A stretch of 64,000 bases of DNA from the NCBI RefSeq assembly GCF_009834535.1, contig NC_045697.1:60700001-60764000 (forward strand). Direction: 5' to 3'. The DNA comes from Camelus ferus. Taxonomy: Eukaryota. Under the pieces are notes generated by a model. That model was not told where the DNA came from. It worked only from the letters and a program-made list of their open reading frames with translations, and did not search any database. The position numbers and the translations under genes are program-made. Numbering within the stretch: position 1 is the stretch's first letter; every line of letters starts with the position of its first letter. Shown piece after piece: positions 38,256 to 51,729 of this stretch.

Positions 38256-40624
38256 GTAAACTGTGGTAAGAGTGTCTCATTTAGGAATTATAGTATTTGA
38301 ATACACTCTCTTTATTGAAAATAATTTAGTGTTATTTTAGTTTTAGCATAATTGCTTTCTTATTTCTATTTTAATTTAAACATATTTTAGTATACTTTTA
38401 AATTAAATATTCTTATTAAGTTTACTGTTATAGACAGGCAAACACCTTACTTGTGATCCATTCAAAATAAGTTGGGGGTTTTTTTTGGCTCTAAATCCTC
38501 TGTTATCATAAGAGACTTAATTTTTCATTGCTTTGTGGTTGTCTTCAACACAGCCTAAATGTAATTTAGGTACTGCATCATGTCGATATTTATGAGTACA
38601 TTACATTTTATGATCTCGTAATGAAATGCAAGCATATGTAATCTAATAAATTTAATCTGGAAGAAAAACACACAGGAACAAATACACAGCACTGCTTTAT
38701 ACAGTCCCAAGGAAATGTTTCCTGCTTGCAAATCAGCAACTGAGTATTGGTAGCAGTCAAAATAGTATGGACTATTAATAACTTCTGTGTCATAAACAGA
38801 AAAATAATGAACCAAAGGCTGTGAATAATTAAGCCAGATTAATAATGATGAACGAGTATCGCTAAATAGTTTCACTGAATGCAAACTGACGTGATGGACA
38901 CATGCACAGCTTTCAGCCCATTTGAAATTCCAAGTAACGTACACGCTTTCACTCTGGGTTGAGATCCTCCACTTGCAGAAGTGGAAGGACACCAGAGAAC
39001 ATAACAACATGACCAGTCATCTTTCTTTTTTATAAGAATGTCTAGTCAGAATCTTAGTTACTAATTATTGCTATTATCCGCAGAGTCTGTCGGTTTGGGT
39101 GGACTTGACTGATCTTTAGGCAAAGAGCTACTTTTACCCTCAAGCATAGTAGTACTATCCTTGAAGATGGAAACTACTCCAGTATAATGGGTTACAGAAT
39201 CATTTAACACACATTACTTTAAATACTTTAAAATAATATTGCAGGGGTAGAGAGCAAACCTTTATTATTTCTACTTTAACATCATGGAAACCAGATCTAA
39301 TAGCTGGCATATAATATCTCAGTTTCTTCCACAAAGAATGAATTTGGAATATAAACTTAGGCCTTGTGAGCCCACTCCAAGTTTAGTTCTTCTGAACTAC
39401 CTGTTAGGTTATCTCAGAAAGTATGTCACAAACTTCTTACTATTATATCTGAAATCCCCATTATATCTGCAGTTCTTTCATCGATCTTTTTCATGGGGCA
39501 ATCACAGATAAGCAGATATGTAATGAAAACATCTCCTCGTGCAAAGAAGCTGTTAAAAACATTCCAGTACAGAGTGTGACAGCTATGTTTGGTACCATCC
39601 TTGCTCTCCCAGATTACAATAGATGACTCTTCTTTGTTGACCTGTGACACTAGAATAATCATAATGCCACAAAAGACCAGATACCTATTTGCCTCACGTA
39701 CAAATTCTGAATTTTTTTAATACATTATCTAAGGTGTTGCTGTTAAGCTATTTAACATTTCAATCCTAAAGATTAGTGGTAACTTTCAGGTCATTTTTCC
39801 TCTGATGAATCAAAATTATGTATGGTTTTCTCCTGAACACATCATCCTTGCATCTGAAAAACACACAACTTGAGTTCCCTACATGTTTTTTTCCTCCAGC
39901 AATTAGAACAGAAAATAAAGAGAAAAGAAAACTGAAGGTCCTTTTTATCTTGCTTCTCAATCCTAGAATAAGTTTTAGACTTCCTAAACGGTCTTCTAGG
40001 CTCTTTTTCTTCCCTCCCAGGGTTCTTGCCTTAAAGAGGACGACTGATGATCTCCAGGCACAGCAGTCTTTAACCAGGAAAGCTAGGTGCATGCCTGCCT
40101 GCCCATGAGACCAAAACATACTCCCCATCTAACAGGGCAACAGCAGCACCAAAGATCCTTCTTCCAAAAGAATAAAAGCAATCTCTCCAGATTTTTAAAT
40201 TTTATTAAATCCTTCCCCATCTAAGTTGCCACTCTTATGTGATGTATGGATCTAAAGTAAGAAAGAGTATGTATTCAAGAACATGTGGTTGATTTTCTCA
40301 CTACTTCTCAAAGGAATATTATTTTAATTATTTCCAATCTGTTTTTTGTACTGTTCTACACATTTCAGCATTATTAATTCCTTTCTTTTTTTTTTTTTTG
40401 TCCCTATGTGCAATAGCTTCTCTTATGCTTTATCACTACCTGGAGATCCACCAGTAGGATGTAGAGCCCACAAGGTGTTTACTTAACACTGAAAAACATT
40501 AAAAAAAATTACCTTGGCCTGCAGCTATTGTTAATTAATAAAATATTTTTTTCTTGGCCACCATGGAAGAATGGCAATGAATACAGCAACTATTTCAATA
40601 GCAAAAACAAAAAAAACACCCCAG

Positions 40625-40863
40625 ACATCTACAGGGCACATAATATTTGCCAAGGTCTGTTGTGAGTGCTTTCCAAACATGGACTAATTTAACTCTTACA
40701 AATATCCCTTCAAGATAGTCACTATTGTTATTCTCACTGGATAGACAGGAAACTAAGGCACAGAGATGATGAATAACTTGGTCAAGCTCTTCTAAATAAT
40801 AAGCAGTGAGATCAAATGCATGAAATCTCTCTCAGGGCTGTACTCTAAACCATGATACCACAC
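40625..40863 (-). mobile_element. MIR SINE, near full length
   Basis: gacaggaaactaaggcacagagatgatgaataacttggtcaag is the reverse MIR core. Confidence 0.85.
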
Positions 40864-40994
40864 CCTAAACAGTAAATACATTTATTTAGGATTTAGCAAC
40901 CTACACACTGGACAATTTTCTAAAGATCTGAAGAAGCTCTTTATAACAGGATCTGGCACTGTCTTTCTGATTTCATTCTATACATTATACTCTA

Positions 40995-42567
40995 TCTCAA
41001 AATCATAGTACGTTTTGTTTAAGAAATTGACAAGTTGATTTCAAAATTCATCTGGATCTACAAAGGAAAAAGAGTAGCTGAAATAATTTTGTAAAGGAAA
41101 ACAAAGTTGAAGAACCTGTAATACTTTACTTCAAAGTTTACTATAATGTCACTGTAATCAGGATTGTTTGGTATTTGTGAGAACAGACAGGTAGATCATA
41201 AAATAAACTAGAGAACTCAAACAAATGCACATGTTCATTGTTAACTGATTCTCAACAAATATGCAAAGGTAAGTTAGTGTAGAAAGATAGTCTATTCAAC
41301 AAATGATGTTGAAGCAACTGGGCATCTACATGGAAAACATTTACCCGACCCCTTATCTTATACCATTCAAATCATTAACTTGAAATTGACCAAGACCTAA
41401 ATAAAAAGCTAAATTTATGAAACATCTTCACAGCCTCAGTGTAGCCAAAGACGTCCTCATAAGATGCAGTAATTACTAACAATGAGAGAAGAAAGTTAAC
41501 AAATTGGAAGTTCTTTGTTATATATAATTTAAAAATAATAATAATATATATGAAATATTGGAATTCACCAAAATTAAAAACTTATACTTCTTGTAAAACA
41601 TATTCAAGAAAAGTGCAAGCCACAGACTAAAATAATAGTAATAATAATTATTATTATTTATAAATTATATATGACAAAGGGCTCATATCCAGCATTATAA
41701 AGATATATATATATAACATATAAAGCTATAAATAAGCAATGAGAAAACAAACATCCTCATAAATAGAGGAAAGCCCTGTACAGCCATTTGCAAAACAAAA
41801 TACAAAACTAGCCATGCACATACACAGAATGTTCGACATTATTAGTCATTGGAAGAATGCAAATGTACACCTATTAAAACAGCAAAAATAAAAAAGAATT
41901 ACAATATCAACATTGACAAGAATGTGGAACAACTAGAACTCTCATTGCTGGTGGGAATATAAAGTGACACAAATACTAACTACTTTAGTAAACAGTTTGG
42001 CATTTTCTTATTGTTTAAAAATATACTTACTATACAACCCAGCTACTTTACTCCAAGATATCTATCCTGCAGAACTGAAAATATAAGTCTACACAAAGAC
42101 TTTAACGTGAATTTTCCTAGCAGCTTTATCCTTAGTTCAGAACTGGAAACAGCTCAAATGTCCATCAATAAATGAATAAATAAACAATTTCTGGTATAGT
42201 TAAAGAATAGAATACTGCTCAGTAACATAAAATTATGAAATACTGATGCCAGTGAATTTGACTGAATCTCAAAAACATTGTATTGAGTGAAAGAAGCTGG
42301 ATAAATGTAAAACTATATAATTTCATTTATATCAAATTATAAGATATGCTAAACTAACTTATAGTGACAGCAAATCAGTAGTTGCCAGGGGCCAAAATCA
42401 GGCTGAACAGATAGAAAATAGTCAGAGGCATATGTAGTGATACAAATATTCTATGTCTTGATTATGATTGTGGTTACATGGGTAATTATAATTGTCAAAA
42501 CCAAATGAACTTTATACTTAAAATAAGTATACTTATTGTATGCAAATCATTTCTCAACAAAGTTGAT
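40995..42567 (+). mobile_element. L1ME-type ORF2 3' part and 3' UTR
   Basis: gaaattgacaagttgatttcaaaattca; gatagtctattcaacaaatgatgttg; gaatgtggaacaactagaactctc; ends tcatttctcaacaaagttgat. Confidence 0.85.
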
Positions 42568-42856
42568 GAAGAACCATGGAAACATTAAATGGGACAAAAT
42601 AAAGGGGCAAAAAGAAGGGAGCTATCAATCTAAATTAGAAAGTTACTATGACTTAAAACATACTATTTATTTTGACATGTATAATTAACTGGAAGTTAAC
42701 CCAGTTCCTCTACAATTGGCACCTTCAGTGGGAAAGCATGAATGGAAAAATTACTGTGATTATAAAACTTTTTTCTTTATTTATTCCTTCAATTCATCAT
42801 TTCAGATTAATTTGAAAAAAGCAATTGACAGAAGCAGACTCACCCCTCCAACCACA

Positions 42857-43386
42857 GTTGAGAGTTTAGTTAAACTGCTCCAAGATATCATTGCCTTGGA
42901 ATCCATTTTGTGTCGCTAAGAGGCCTACAGGATCTTAAATTGACAATGACACTAGCTTCTCCATCAAGTTCACGTCCAAGGTAATAGTCCACAGTCACAA
43001 GTAAATGTAAGTTCCTGAAATGACTCCCCAAGGCCTCATATGATCAATAACCTCTTCTGCCTCCCAGCTTCTTTCCCTTATGCACCCCTTAAGCCTCTGA
43101 GGAGCTTACCAAAGCCCTGCTCTTTTTGGTTTGAACTGACCAATCCAGCCTCAGCTCAGGAACCCAAAGCATTCCACCTGTGGATCCTAATAAATGCACG
43201 TGCCCCAGGTCCTGCTGCTCACTCTCTGCCTACACCCTGCCTTGACCTCCCTGTGTGACCCCTCAAAGGATACCCTTACCTCCTCCAAGACCTCCAGCAA
43301 GTAATGACCTTTTCTATTTCACTTCCCTTGTGGTCTTTTTTTGAACCCTGGCTTACAAGCTGACACACCAGTGGCTCTATGTAACA
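42857..43386 (+). mobile_element. Probable old ERV LTR (MER110/MER90-like; subfamily uncertain)
   Basis: C-rich LTR-like block with gaccaatcc CCAAT box, taataaa element, ctctctgcc R-like tract, ending tgtaaca. Confidence 0.5.
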
Positions 43387-43849
43387 AATGTTAATTTAGT
43401 AACAACAACAAAAAAATCACAACATTCACACATATTTACACAGAAACCCATGTCCTACACTTGGTCTGGAACCTCAGTAAATTAGTATATGAATGAAGAG
43501 AGAGAAAAAGAGAGAATATGAACAACTAAGTAAGGTTAGGAAATTCCTCTGACATTCAAGATTTTGGGAAAAAAAACTAGAAATGTATTTCCAGTTCTAT
43601 ACATCTGTTACGTAAAATATTGGGCAAAAAACCAATTATTGCAAGCCTACAATTCTTCTTCAACTATCCATGCCTTCTATGCATTTGGTTACATCTGAGC
43701 TGGGCTAATAATTTAACCAGAGTAAGCAAATTTCAGTCAAATTATTTCTCCAAAGCCAGGGATGACAACAGGTCATTGTTCTTGCTCTTAAGAAGAAAAC
43801 TGAAGATACTAGAGCCACAGAAAAGAAACAGTATAAAGTACCTATAATT

Positions 43850-44021
43850 TCATTTAGTTCAACCTGCTCACTTTGTAAGCAAGAAAACTGTCACTCAGAG
43901 GAAAAGAAATCAAGTGATAGTATTTGGCACAAGTGATGTCCCTAATGGCATAGATTATTACTAAAGCTTGTGTCAAACTTAAATATTTTAATTCCCAACT
44001 TAGTATTCTTTTTACCATACC
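43850..44021 (-). mobile_element. MIR/MIR3 fragment
   Basis: tagttcaacctgctcactttgtaagcaagaaaactg...tagtattctttttaccatacc. Confidence 0.6.
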
Positions 44022-45391
44022 TTAAAATATAGGAAAATAGTTGTGTCATCTATAAGAATTAGCACTTAAATGTATTACTGTATTTGAAAACACGTACATC
44101 AAAGCCTTAATTAGAAACTTCTTTGCACATATTTCCTTCACATAATTATTTCACTGAATATTCACATTCACATATTCCTGTAAATGAAATCTAGTAGATT
44201 CCAAGGAGATAACAACTGGCCTTACTCCATGTTGTTAATAAATTAAAACTTTGCGAGTCTCTGAAGGAGCCTACAGGGTCCTTGAAGGAACTGCACGCTT
44301 GAGAATTTTGTAATTCTCAATGTTAATTGCTTGGATTCAATGAATTATATGTTGAATGTAGTATAAATTTCTAAAGTAATCTAGGCAACTAAAGAGGTTA
44401 TTTGGTACCTCCCTAGGTCATACATTATTATATTTAATTATTTCAACAAACTGCATTATTGAAATGAAAAAGACAAGGCTCTAGAACCTTAAGGGATTTT
44501 CTCAACATTGCTGATTCAAAGAACAACTCATGAATTTAGTGGTTATGCTACACCAAAGGCTTTCCACTTTACCCAAGTGTTACCAATTTCTGTAATATGT
44601 TGTGTAAATATGAATAAAATGAATTCTATGCCTGGTATTTGTTTTTATTTCTTACCTATTCTTGAAAAAATGGGAATATTTTAATCTGTATAAAGACAAA
44701 GAAACATCCCTCACTAGTGACAGAGACATAAAGATTATGAAGCCCCTCCATTCACTTAGCACAGAAAATAAACTCTTTTCACTCTATACTATTACATACA
44801 TAATTTATCTGCGGGGGATCTTTGAGATGATAAGAAAACTTGTAAGAAACATGTCTATGACGTTTGTAATAGGCTCTGCTTCTATCAACGGCAGTGTCTG
44901 TTTCATGTTAACAACAAGCTAAAAAATAGAAGATTTCCTATAGCATCTTTATCTGAGCATTTCATTTTGAAAGAGAGTAGGAGCTTCTATATTTTACCAA
45001 AGGTGGGATTGCTACATAGCAGGAAAAACTCAATTCCAGTGAAATTGATAACCATAATTATTTATTTATATTATAATAATCTTAAAATATTGTTTTGTAA
45101 TAATATATTTGTTTGCATCTCTACCAGGATAATTTTAACTACTTGAAAGCAGAAATAATTCTTAATGTTCTTTGTATAGCCAGTTTCTTATATACATACG
45201 CAATATTCTAGTAATATGCTTTATTCTCCCTCAAAACTGCAAAACATCTGCAAAACAAAGTGCTTTGCAAAACTGAATCAAATCCCTGATAAATTCAAGT
45301 TCATTCTTGGTCATTTTAGATGGGAAAAATGGTCATTATTTTAAATAGTTTGGTATTTCTCAAAGGTATATGTATGTATGTACCTATGACC

Positions 45392-45890
45392 TATGGTACA
45401 TTGTTGCAATAATCATTATCCCATTTTCTCACACTTCCCTGCATTAAAGCACGTCGGTAACCCCTAATACACTGATTCGTATATGCTGACAATTTGGCTT
45501 GTTGGGCCAATGGTAGAGTAGCAAACACGAGACAAACAGTGACTTGGAAAGTATTTTAACACTGGTCTTTGCTCTGTTACTGCTCTTGGAACATTGCTGC
45601 CATGTAAATAATCACAGGCTAGCCTCCTAGAAGATTAGAGACCATGTAAAGGGATTCCCATTTGATAAATCAAAGCCATCATAAACCATAGCCTCATCCA
45701 GCCCACTAGCTCATCACAGGTGAACAGACTCAACTGAGATTAGGTGAATGCAGTCCACATCAGAAGTTCCAACCAGCTAGGCCTGACCCAAACTGTCAAC
45801 TTGAAGAGATGTAAGCCAAATACGTTGTGTGTGTGTTCAAAGCACGACATTTTGGAGTGGCTTGTCATGCAACCAACACTATCTGAAACT
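45392..45890 (+). mobile_element. MLT1H-like MaLR LTR
   Basis: gggccaatggtagagtagcaaacacgagacaaacagtgacttg; gccatgtaaataatcacaggctagcctcctagaagattagagaccatgt; ttttggagtggcttgtcatgca. Confidence 0.78.
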
Positions 45891-45894
45891 ATCT

Positions 45895-46023
45895 GTCTTT
45901 CCCAATTAATTACAAGTTTTATTAGGCAGGAACTTTATCTTATCTGTATTATTCTTTTTATATTTTCAGCACCCAGAACAATGCTTGACACACCACAGAT
46001 TTTCAAATATATATATTTGAAAT

Positions 46024-46060
<37 letters not shown>

Positions 46061-46090
46061 GAATGGATAGTATATGAAAGAATGAATTAA
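45895..46090 (+). mobile_element. L2 3' terminus containing a (TA)n run at ~46026-46056
   Basis: ggcaggaactttatctt...cagcacccagaacaatgcttgacac...gaatgaat. Confidence 0.7.
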
Positions 46091-47184
46091 TATTATTCTG
46101 CACTTGATCTCAGCCAAAAGGCCAAAAAACACTAATTATTATTTCGGATTCTTAAGATTTTTGTCTGTTACAGGGAGATCAATATTCATGTACTTAATAT
46201 ATGTTATTGTTCCTAAATTTTTTGTTCTTAATTATAATTACATTCAGGAATGTTCACAGAGAAATTCATGTGCCTTTTCACAAGTAGCATACATTCTCTT
46301 AATTTTCTGAGATTCTTCCTCCTTCTACCATATAGGATGGGGTAGGGATGCGGGATGTGCTACTGATGGGAGCTGTTCTCCTCTGTTGAATGAAAATAAG
46401 AACACTTTCTTTCAAGAATGGTATTAAAGCTTACACAGAGTACTGTACGGGTAAAAGCACTGTTTGTTTACTATATCATATTGTCAAATATATGCAAAGC
46501 TACTATACAAATATGAACTATTTTAATTACTGATATTCTTAGAAAGATAACAGTATGCATTGTTGAAATTTTCTTACATATATAAAATTGTATAATGCCA
46601 GCATTAACTTGCTGATAATATATATTTTTAAGATGAGTTTAATTTCACATATTATAAACTCAGAGCAGCTGCCATAGATCACTGGACTGCCAAGGGTATT
46701 TCAGGAAGACTTTTTCCATCACTCCTGTCTTCAGTTTTCACAACATTTCTGTAATGATCTTTGGCAACACAATGTTCCTGGCTATGAGAACATGATTGTG
46801 TAGAAGATGGCTGCTCTCATGTTGAGGTTTGGTTGCTTTCCTATTTTAACTTTTAGTATATGAGATTAGTTTGGTGATAACCTTGTATGTTCTGTTACCT
46901 CTTTGGATTCCCTATATAGTGATGCCCATAAAGACTTAGGCTTGAATTAACTCAAATTTGAAGGATAAAAAGGAACTAGTCTCTTTGCAATGGATATAGA
47001 TAGCCAAGGCTATAGTTGTTGAAAGAATCCTCAACTGCTTCCGGAAACTGGGAACTGCTGTGGTTGAGACGGAGCATAATACGAATCTATAGACACTAAT
47101 TTAACTACCACATAGATTATAAAAATGTAGATGATTGTATATTACAAGCCTTTCTCAGTTTCCTTCACAGAGACTACCTACCAC

Positions 47185-47640
47185 CTGGGCACCAAAGAGA
47201 TGTACAAAAATATCCATAACATTAATATTAATGATACTTGAATAGCTGGAAACCATACAAAGGTTCATCATCAGCATTAGAACAGAGAGTTGTATACTCA
47301 CTGAATGAATTGTTCTGAGAATAAAAGACATAAATTATAGCTACACACAAAAACATGATGTACCTCATAACATATTCTTGAGCCAAAAAAGTTAGCAATG
47401 TAAAAATACAGACTGTATGATTCCATTTCTATGAAGTTAAGAAAAACTGGCATAAGTAATCTTTATTGTTAAATGTCAGGAAAAGAGTCTCCCTTAGGAA
47501 AGATACAGGGGAGAATGACTGCAAGGGAAAATAAGAAGGCTCTTCAAGCAGTATGGCAATTTTTTATCTGTCATTGCATTTTAACTCTAATAAGTGTTTT
47601 TCTTAATTTCTGTAAACTATATACTTTTATTATTCCTAGT
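47185..47640 (+). mobile_element. L1ME3/4-type 3' end fragment
   Basis: aaatacagactgtatgattccatttctatgaagtt...taatctttattgttaaatgtcagga. Confidence 0.75.
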
Positions 47641-47669
47641 TATTTTTAATAGTTTTGTGGTTTATTGTC

Positions 47670-48750
47670 TTAAGAAATAATTACTGATTTAATCTCTTGT
47701 ATTGTCATGCATCTTTCTAGATTCTGGAACTACAGATGTAACTGAACAGCAGACAAAAATCATAACCCCATAGAGCTCACATACTAGTCAAAAAATGAAA
47801 ACAAAATCCAATTAATAAATTGTGTTACAGTGATAAACACAACAGAAATAAAGCACAGAAGGGAGGTAGAGGTGTTGTTGTCTTAAAAGGATAGTCCTAG
47901 GCCTGACTGAGAAGACATCTGGGAAAAGACCTGAAGGAAGAAAGAAAGTGAGCTCTCAGATATGTGGAGCAAAGACGGTCTACGCAAATGGAATACCAAG
48001 GACAAAGCCCTAGGTTGAGAACCTCTTGAAGTCTAAGGGACTGAAGAATGGCCCAGAAGCCACTGTAGATGAAGCAGAGAGAGCGAGGGAGAGAATAATA
48101 GATAATGACTTCAGAAGAGTAATGACAGCCTGTACATGCAAGGCATTTAAAGCCTTGGGTTTTACTCCAGATAACTTGGAAAGCCATTTGAAAGTTTTTT
48201 GCAAAAGACCAATGGGATCTGTCTTTCATTGAAAAATATCACTCTGGCTGACTCCCTGAGATCTAATTCAAATATAGAAAAGGCAAAGGTAAACACATGA
48301 GGACCTGGGAACCATTACAAAGATATTAAAACAGTTCAGAAAAGATAATGGTGGCTTAGACCAAAAAACAAACAAACAAAAAAATAGCAGTGGAGGAGGT
48401 GAAAATGGTCAAGATCTGGATGTATTTTGAAAGTAAAAACAAAAAATAGTATTTGCTGACACACTGGTTTTGAGGTATGAAAGTAAAACTGTAGTCAAGA
48501 ATGATTCTAGACATAAGTACCTGATGAATGGGATTTGCTTTCATTAACCGAAATAGGAAAAGACAGTTGGGGAAAAAATATAAGGATCTTGGATTTGGAC
48601 ATACTGATTTTAAGACGACACATAAACACTCAAATAAAAGGATGAGTAGACGAAAAGGAACTAGCTTAGAAGGCTGAGACATAAAGTCAGTGGGCTGAGG
48701 GAAAGCAAAGCAAGGAAGTGTTTCAAGAAGGAATGATTGATAATACATGT
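47670..48750 (-). mobile_element. L2a 3' portion
   Basis: gacaaaaatcataaccccatagagctcacatactag; gactgagaagacatctgggaaaagacctgaagga; gaagtgtttcaagaagga. Confidence 0.85.
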
Positions 48751-49169
48751 CCCAGTTGGGGATATCATAGTTAATTTCTGTGACAGGTACTATTTACATA
48801 TATTAAGATAAAACACTCATCACTCGTGTAAGATGTAGGACAGCAATGACCTCAAAGGAGGGACAGATTTCAGTAAGAACAAGATGGTGAAAGGAAAGCC
48901 CTAAGGAAGTACTCAGACACAGAGTATTTTGATAATTGATCATGTATTCTAAAGAAAGAGGAAAACATCTAGAAGACAGATAAGATTAAGTGATGTTCAT
49001 TAGAATCAAAGGCTTCTTTGAATGATGAACACAAAGGGATAAAAGGTATTATGAAAGGAGGCCTGCAGCTTCCTCTTCACTCTTGCCAATACTGACATGC
49101 AGGCTTGGAGGTGGGAGACAAAAGCCTAGGATTTCTGATACCCCATCTCTCCTGCCTGTACTCATAAGC

Positions 49170-49480
49170 CTTTTTCCTTTTGCATGCCTTTTTGTAGCTG
49201 TCTCCACCGCATTTTAAAAATATTCCCCTTCTCTTCATCCTCCTAAACACAGCTCAGGTGTCAATATCCTCTAGAAATACTCCCCTCCACCAGTTCAATC
49301 CGGACTTGCCCAATTAGAGCTATGTCATTTTTCTCTGCTTCTATGTCTTAAATCATAAAAGCCATTTATTTCTCTGTCCTTCTCATTAGGTGGTTATCTC
49401 CTGAACACACCTGAAAGCTATGCTTTATCTCTGTATCACCAATATCAGGCACACAACAAACCAATTTTTGAATGGAAGAA
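49170..49480 (+). mobile_element. L2 3' end fragment
   Basis: cagctcaggtgtcaatatcctctagaaatactcccc...tttatctctgtatcacc. Confidence 0.6.
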
Positions 49481-49809
49481 AACAATAATTCTTAGTATTT
49501 TAATTAAAAAGGACATACATGGGTTTTTAATGAAACTAGCGTAGCTGCATTAGAATCACTCTGTTTAGGTAACTTTCAAATTAACAAGCATAAATATTAG
49601 AAAAGAAGGGCTAACTAAGTAAGAGTCACAAATAGGCTCCAGGATCCTTTTCAATCAGGTAGAACAAATAATAGCTCATCCTAAAGCTTAATGCAAGGTT
49701 AACGAGAAAATCTGTTCCTATGTGTCTTCTCTCTTTGACAACAACAGAGAGAGTGGAGCTGGAAGGGAGAATCACCTTTAAACTGAATAATTAAACTAAG
49801 TATCAAATA

Positions 49810-50015
49810 AAGGCAAACTGAGCTCAAGATAAATGGAGACACAATATGAAGGCAACAGCTAATAAAATAGGCCAACACACTTCATCTAGACATTTGGTGT
49901 TCAAGGATACTAATAGATTCTCATTAACAAAATCATTTATATGTATATAGTGAGTTACTATTACCCATATGCTATACATGAGTGTCTGGAATACTGTGCC
50001 ATTACCTGGACCTTA
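49810..50015 (+). mobile_element. Possible L3/CR1 3' ORF2 fragment
   Basis: tctggaatactgtgccattacctgga resembles L3 ctggagtactgtgttcagttctggg; very diverged. Confidence 0.4.
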
Positions 50016-50049
50016 TTTCCTCTAATCATTAAAATAGTTGTCTGAGAAA

Positions 50050-50180
50050 TGTGTTCTTAATTCTGTTCTACAGATGAGAGCAATGCCACACCTGACTTGC
50101 CTTAAGACCTGCATGAGTAAAGAAGCGGACCTAAGACTGGAAGCCAGGTTTTCTGAATCCAAATTTGAACCCTTTCCATG
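50050..50180 (-). mobile_element. MIR SINE fragment
   Basis: ttctacagatgagagcaatg...gacttgccttaagacc...gactggaagccaggttttctgaatccaaa. Confidence 0.75.
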
Positions 50181-50249
50181 AGACAGGAGAACCTGCAAAT
50201 GTATGCTCAGAAACACATTTGAGAAAGAACAACTGTTTGAGAAATAATG

Positions 50250-50605
50250 AAAAATGGGAGAGACACAAACATTCTAGAGTCAGTCAAAGTGCTAATGTTC
50301 AAAAGGAGAAAGAGACAATAAAAACTGCAGAATTAAAGCTGATAATTTTGATGCCAAACTCCAGTAGGATTCTAACAGCATTGGTAAACAGTTGCTTTGA
50401 GGGCATTCAAATACAGTGTCAGAATAAAATTACCTAATGCTAGTTTATTAAAAACACAATGTAAACACTCAGTATTATTCTCTATTATTCAATATTTATA
50501 TACTTTTTTTTCCTGCTTGGGGTGGGGAAATGTCATAGATACGATGAATGTGAAAAAAGCATTTAATCATTTCTCTCAATATACCTTTGTGGATAAGCAT
50601 GAAGC
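50250..50605 (+). mobile_element. L3/CR1 LINE reverse-transcriptase fossil
   Basis: ORF 50397-50612 reads GNVIDTMNVKKAFNHFSQYTFVDK, versus CR1-like GNAVDIIYLDFSKAFDKVSHDILVDK; the upstream frame reads MPNSSRIL, versus LTSIPGKIL. Confidence 0.75.
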
Positions 50606-51464
50606 TGATTAAATAATCATCCTTAGGGAGTATTGTATAATGGAGCGAGGACAATCTGCAGGAAGCACTCCTAGAGTACACCTCAAGGATCCATCCTTGC
50701 ACTCACCCTATTAAGACTAAAATACATCAGAGGAATGTATCCCAGTGTTCAACTAAATGATTTGGATAATAAAATCCTGGCTCACTTCCTTCTGGAAGAG
50801 CTGAAACTGATTTTCATGTGATTCTGATAGTTAGGATGGATTGATCTCCTGCAATTAACAGTATCTGAGCAAACTCAAGTGACTGGGAAAATCACCTAAA
50901 TGGTATTGAGGGAGTTGGGCATAGCTGCATTTCCAGGCGCACTATTACTCTTCCCTCCCTAGTATAATAAAATAATTAAAAATGATCCTCATTTCTTTCA
51001 AAATGATAAACAACAAATGTAAGGGGAAAGAAAAGGAAAAACAACAGAAATCCACCTTCCATTTTTCAGTATGGCATATTCTTGATATAAGCACAGCAGC
51101 TGCTGCAGGCGAAACCAATTACAAATGCAAGTAAACTCATTTTTCCCCACAAATAGTATTTTCATTAATTTTGTAGCATTTCAGAAATAAATCACATCAT
51201 ATTAGATGCTTTGGAGTGTCAAAGAAACAAAACCAGCCTCCTTAATGGATTAGTGACCATATAAAATGTCAGTTGAGTTTTATTCTCTATGTTACTATGA
51301 ATTATGGGTTTTCCCTATCTCTTTATGCAAATAATATTAAACTTATCATAATCACTATAATTCACATAAAATTGCTTATGGCATGGTTTCTATAAGAGTA
51401 AGAAGATGGGGTTATGTAGCAAAATTGACTCTTAAAATCAATAAAAGATACTATACCTACTCAC

Positions 51465-51592
51465 AGAATATTTCAGTGGTAAGAAAATGGGCTTTGAACT
51501 CCGGAAGGTCAGGTTCAAATTCCTGTTCGTTCACAACTGTATGACTTTTGACAAGTTACACATTCCTTCAGTCCTCCCACTTTTTAACAGAA
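51465..51592 (+). mobile_element. MIR SINE 5' half
   Basis: cagtggtaagaaaatgggctttgaactcc...ggttcaaattcctg...tgtatgacttttgacaagttac. Confidence 0.8.
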
Positions 51593-51729
51593 AGCAAAGA
51601 AAAAGAAAGAAAAGAAAAAAAAACCAGTTACAAATATTGACAGATTTGTGATATGGATCTTGGACACTGAAGTGGTTTCCATCTATTTGCTGACTTTTGT
51701 CTTCTGTGAAGTGGTATATGAAATCATTT

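Noticed and set aside
38555..39010. 151-aa minus-strand ORF
   Set aside because: Non-ATG start, no recognisable domain, and a length compatible with chance in 64 kb
44299..44320. Small hairpin with 9-bp arms (also 8-bp arms at 34467-34484 and 7-bp arms near 59089-59105)
   Set aside because: Arms this short are expected by chance in AT-rich DNA
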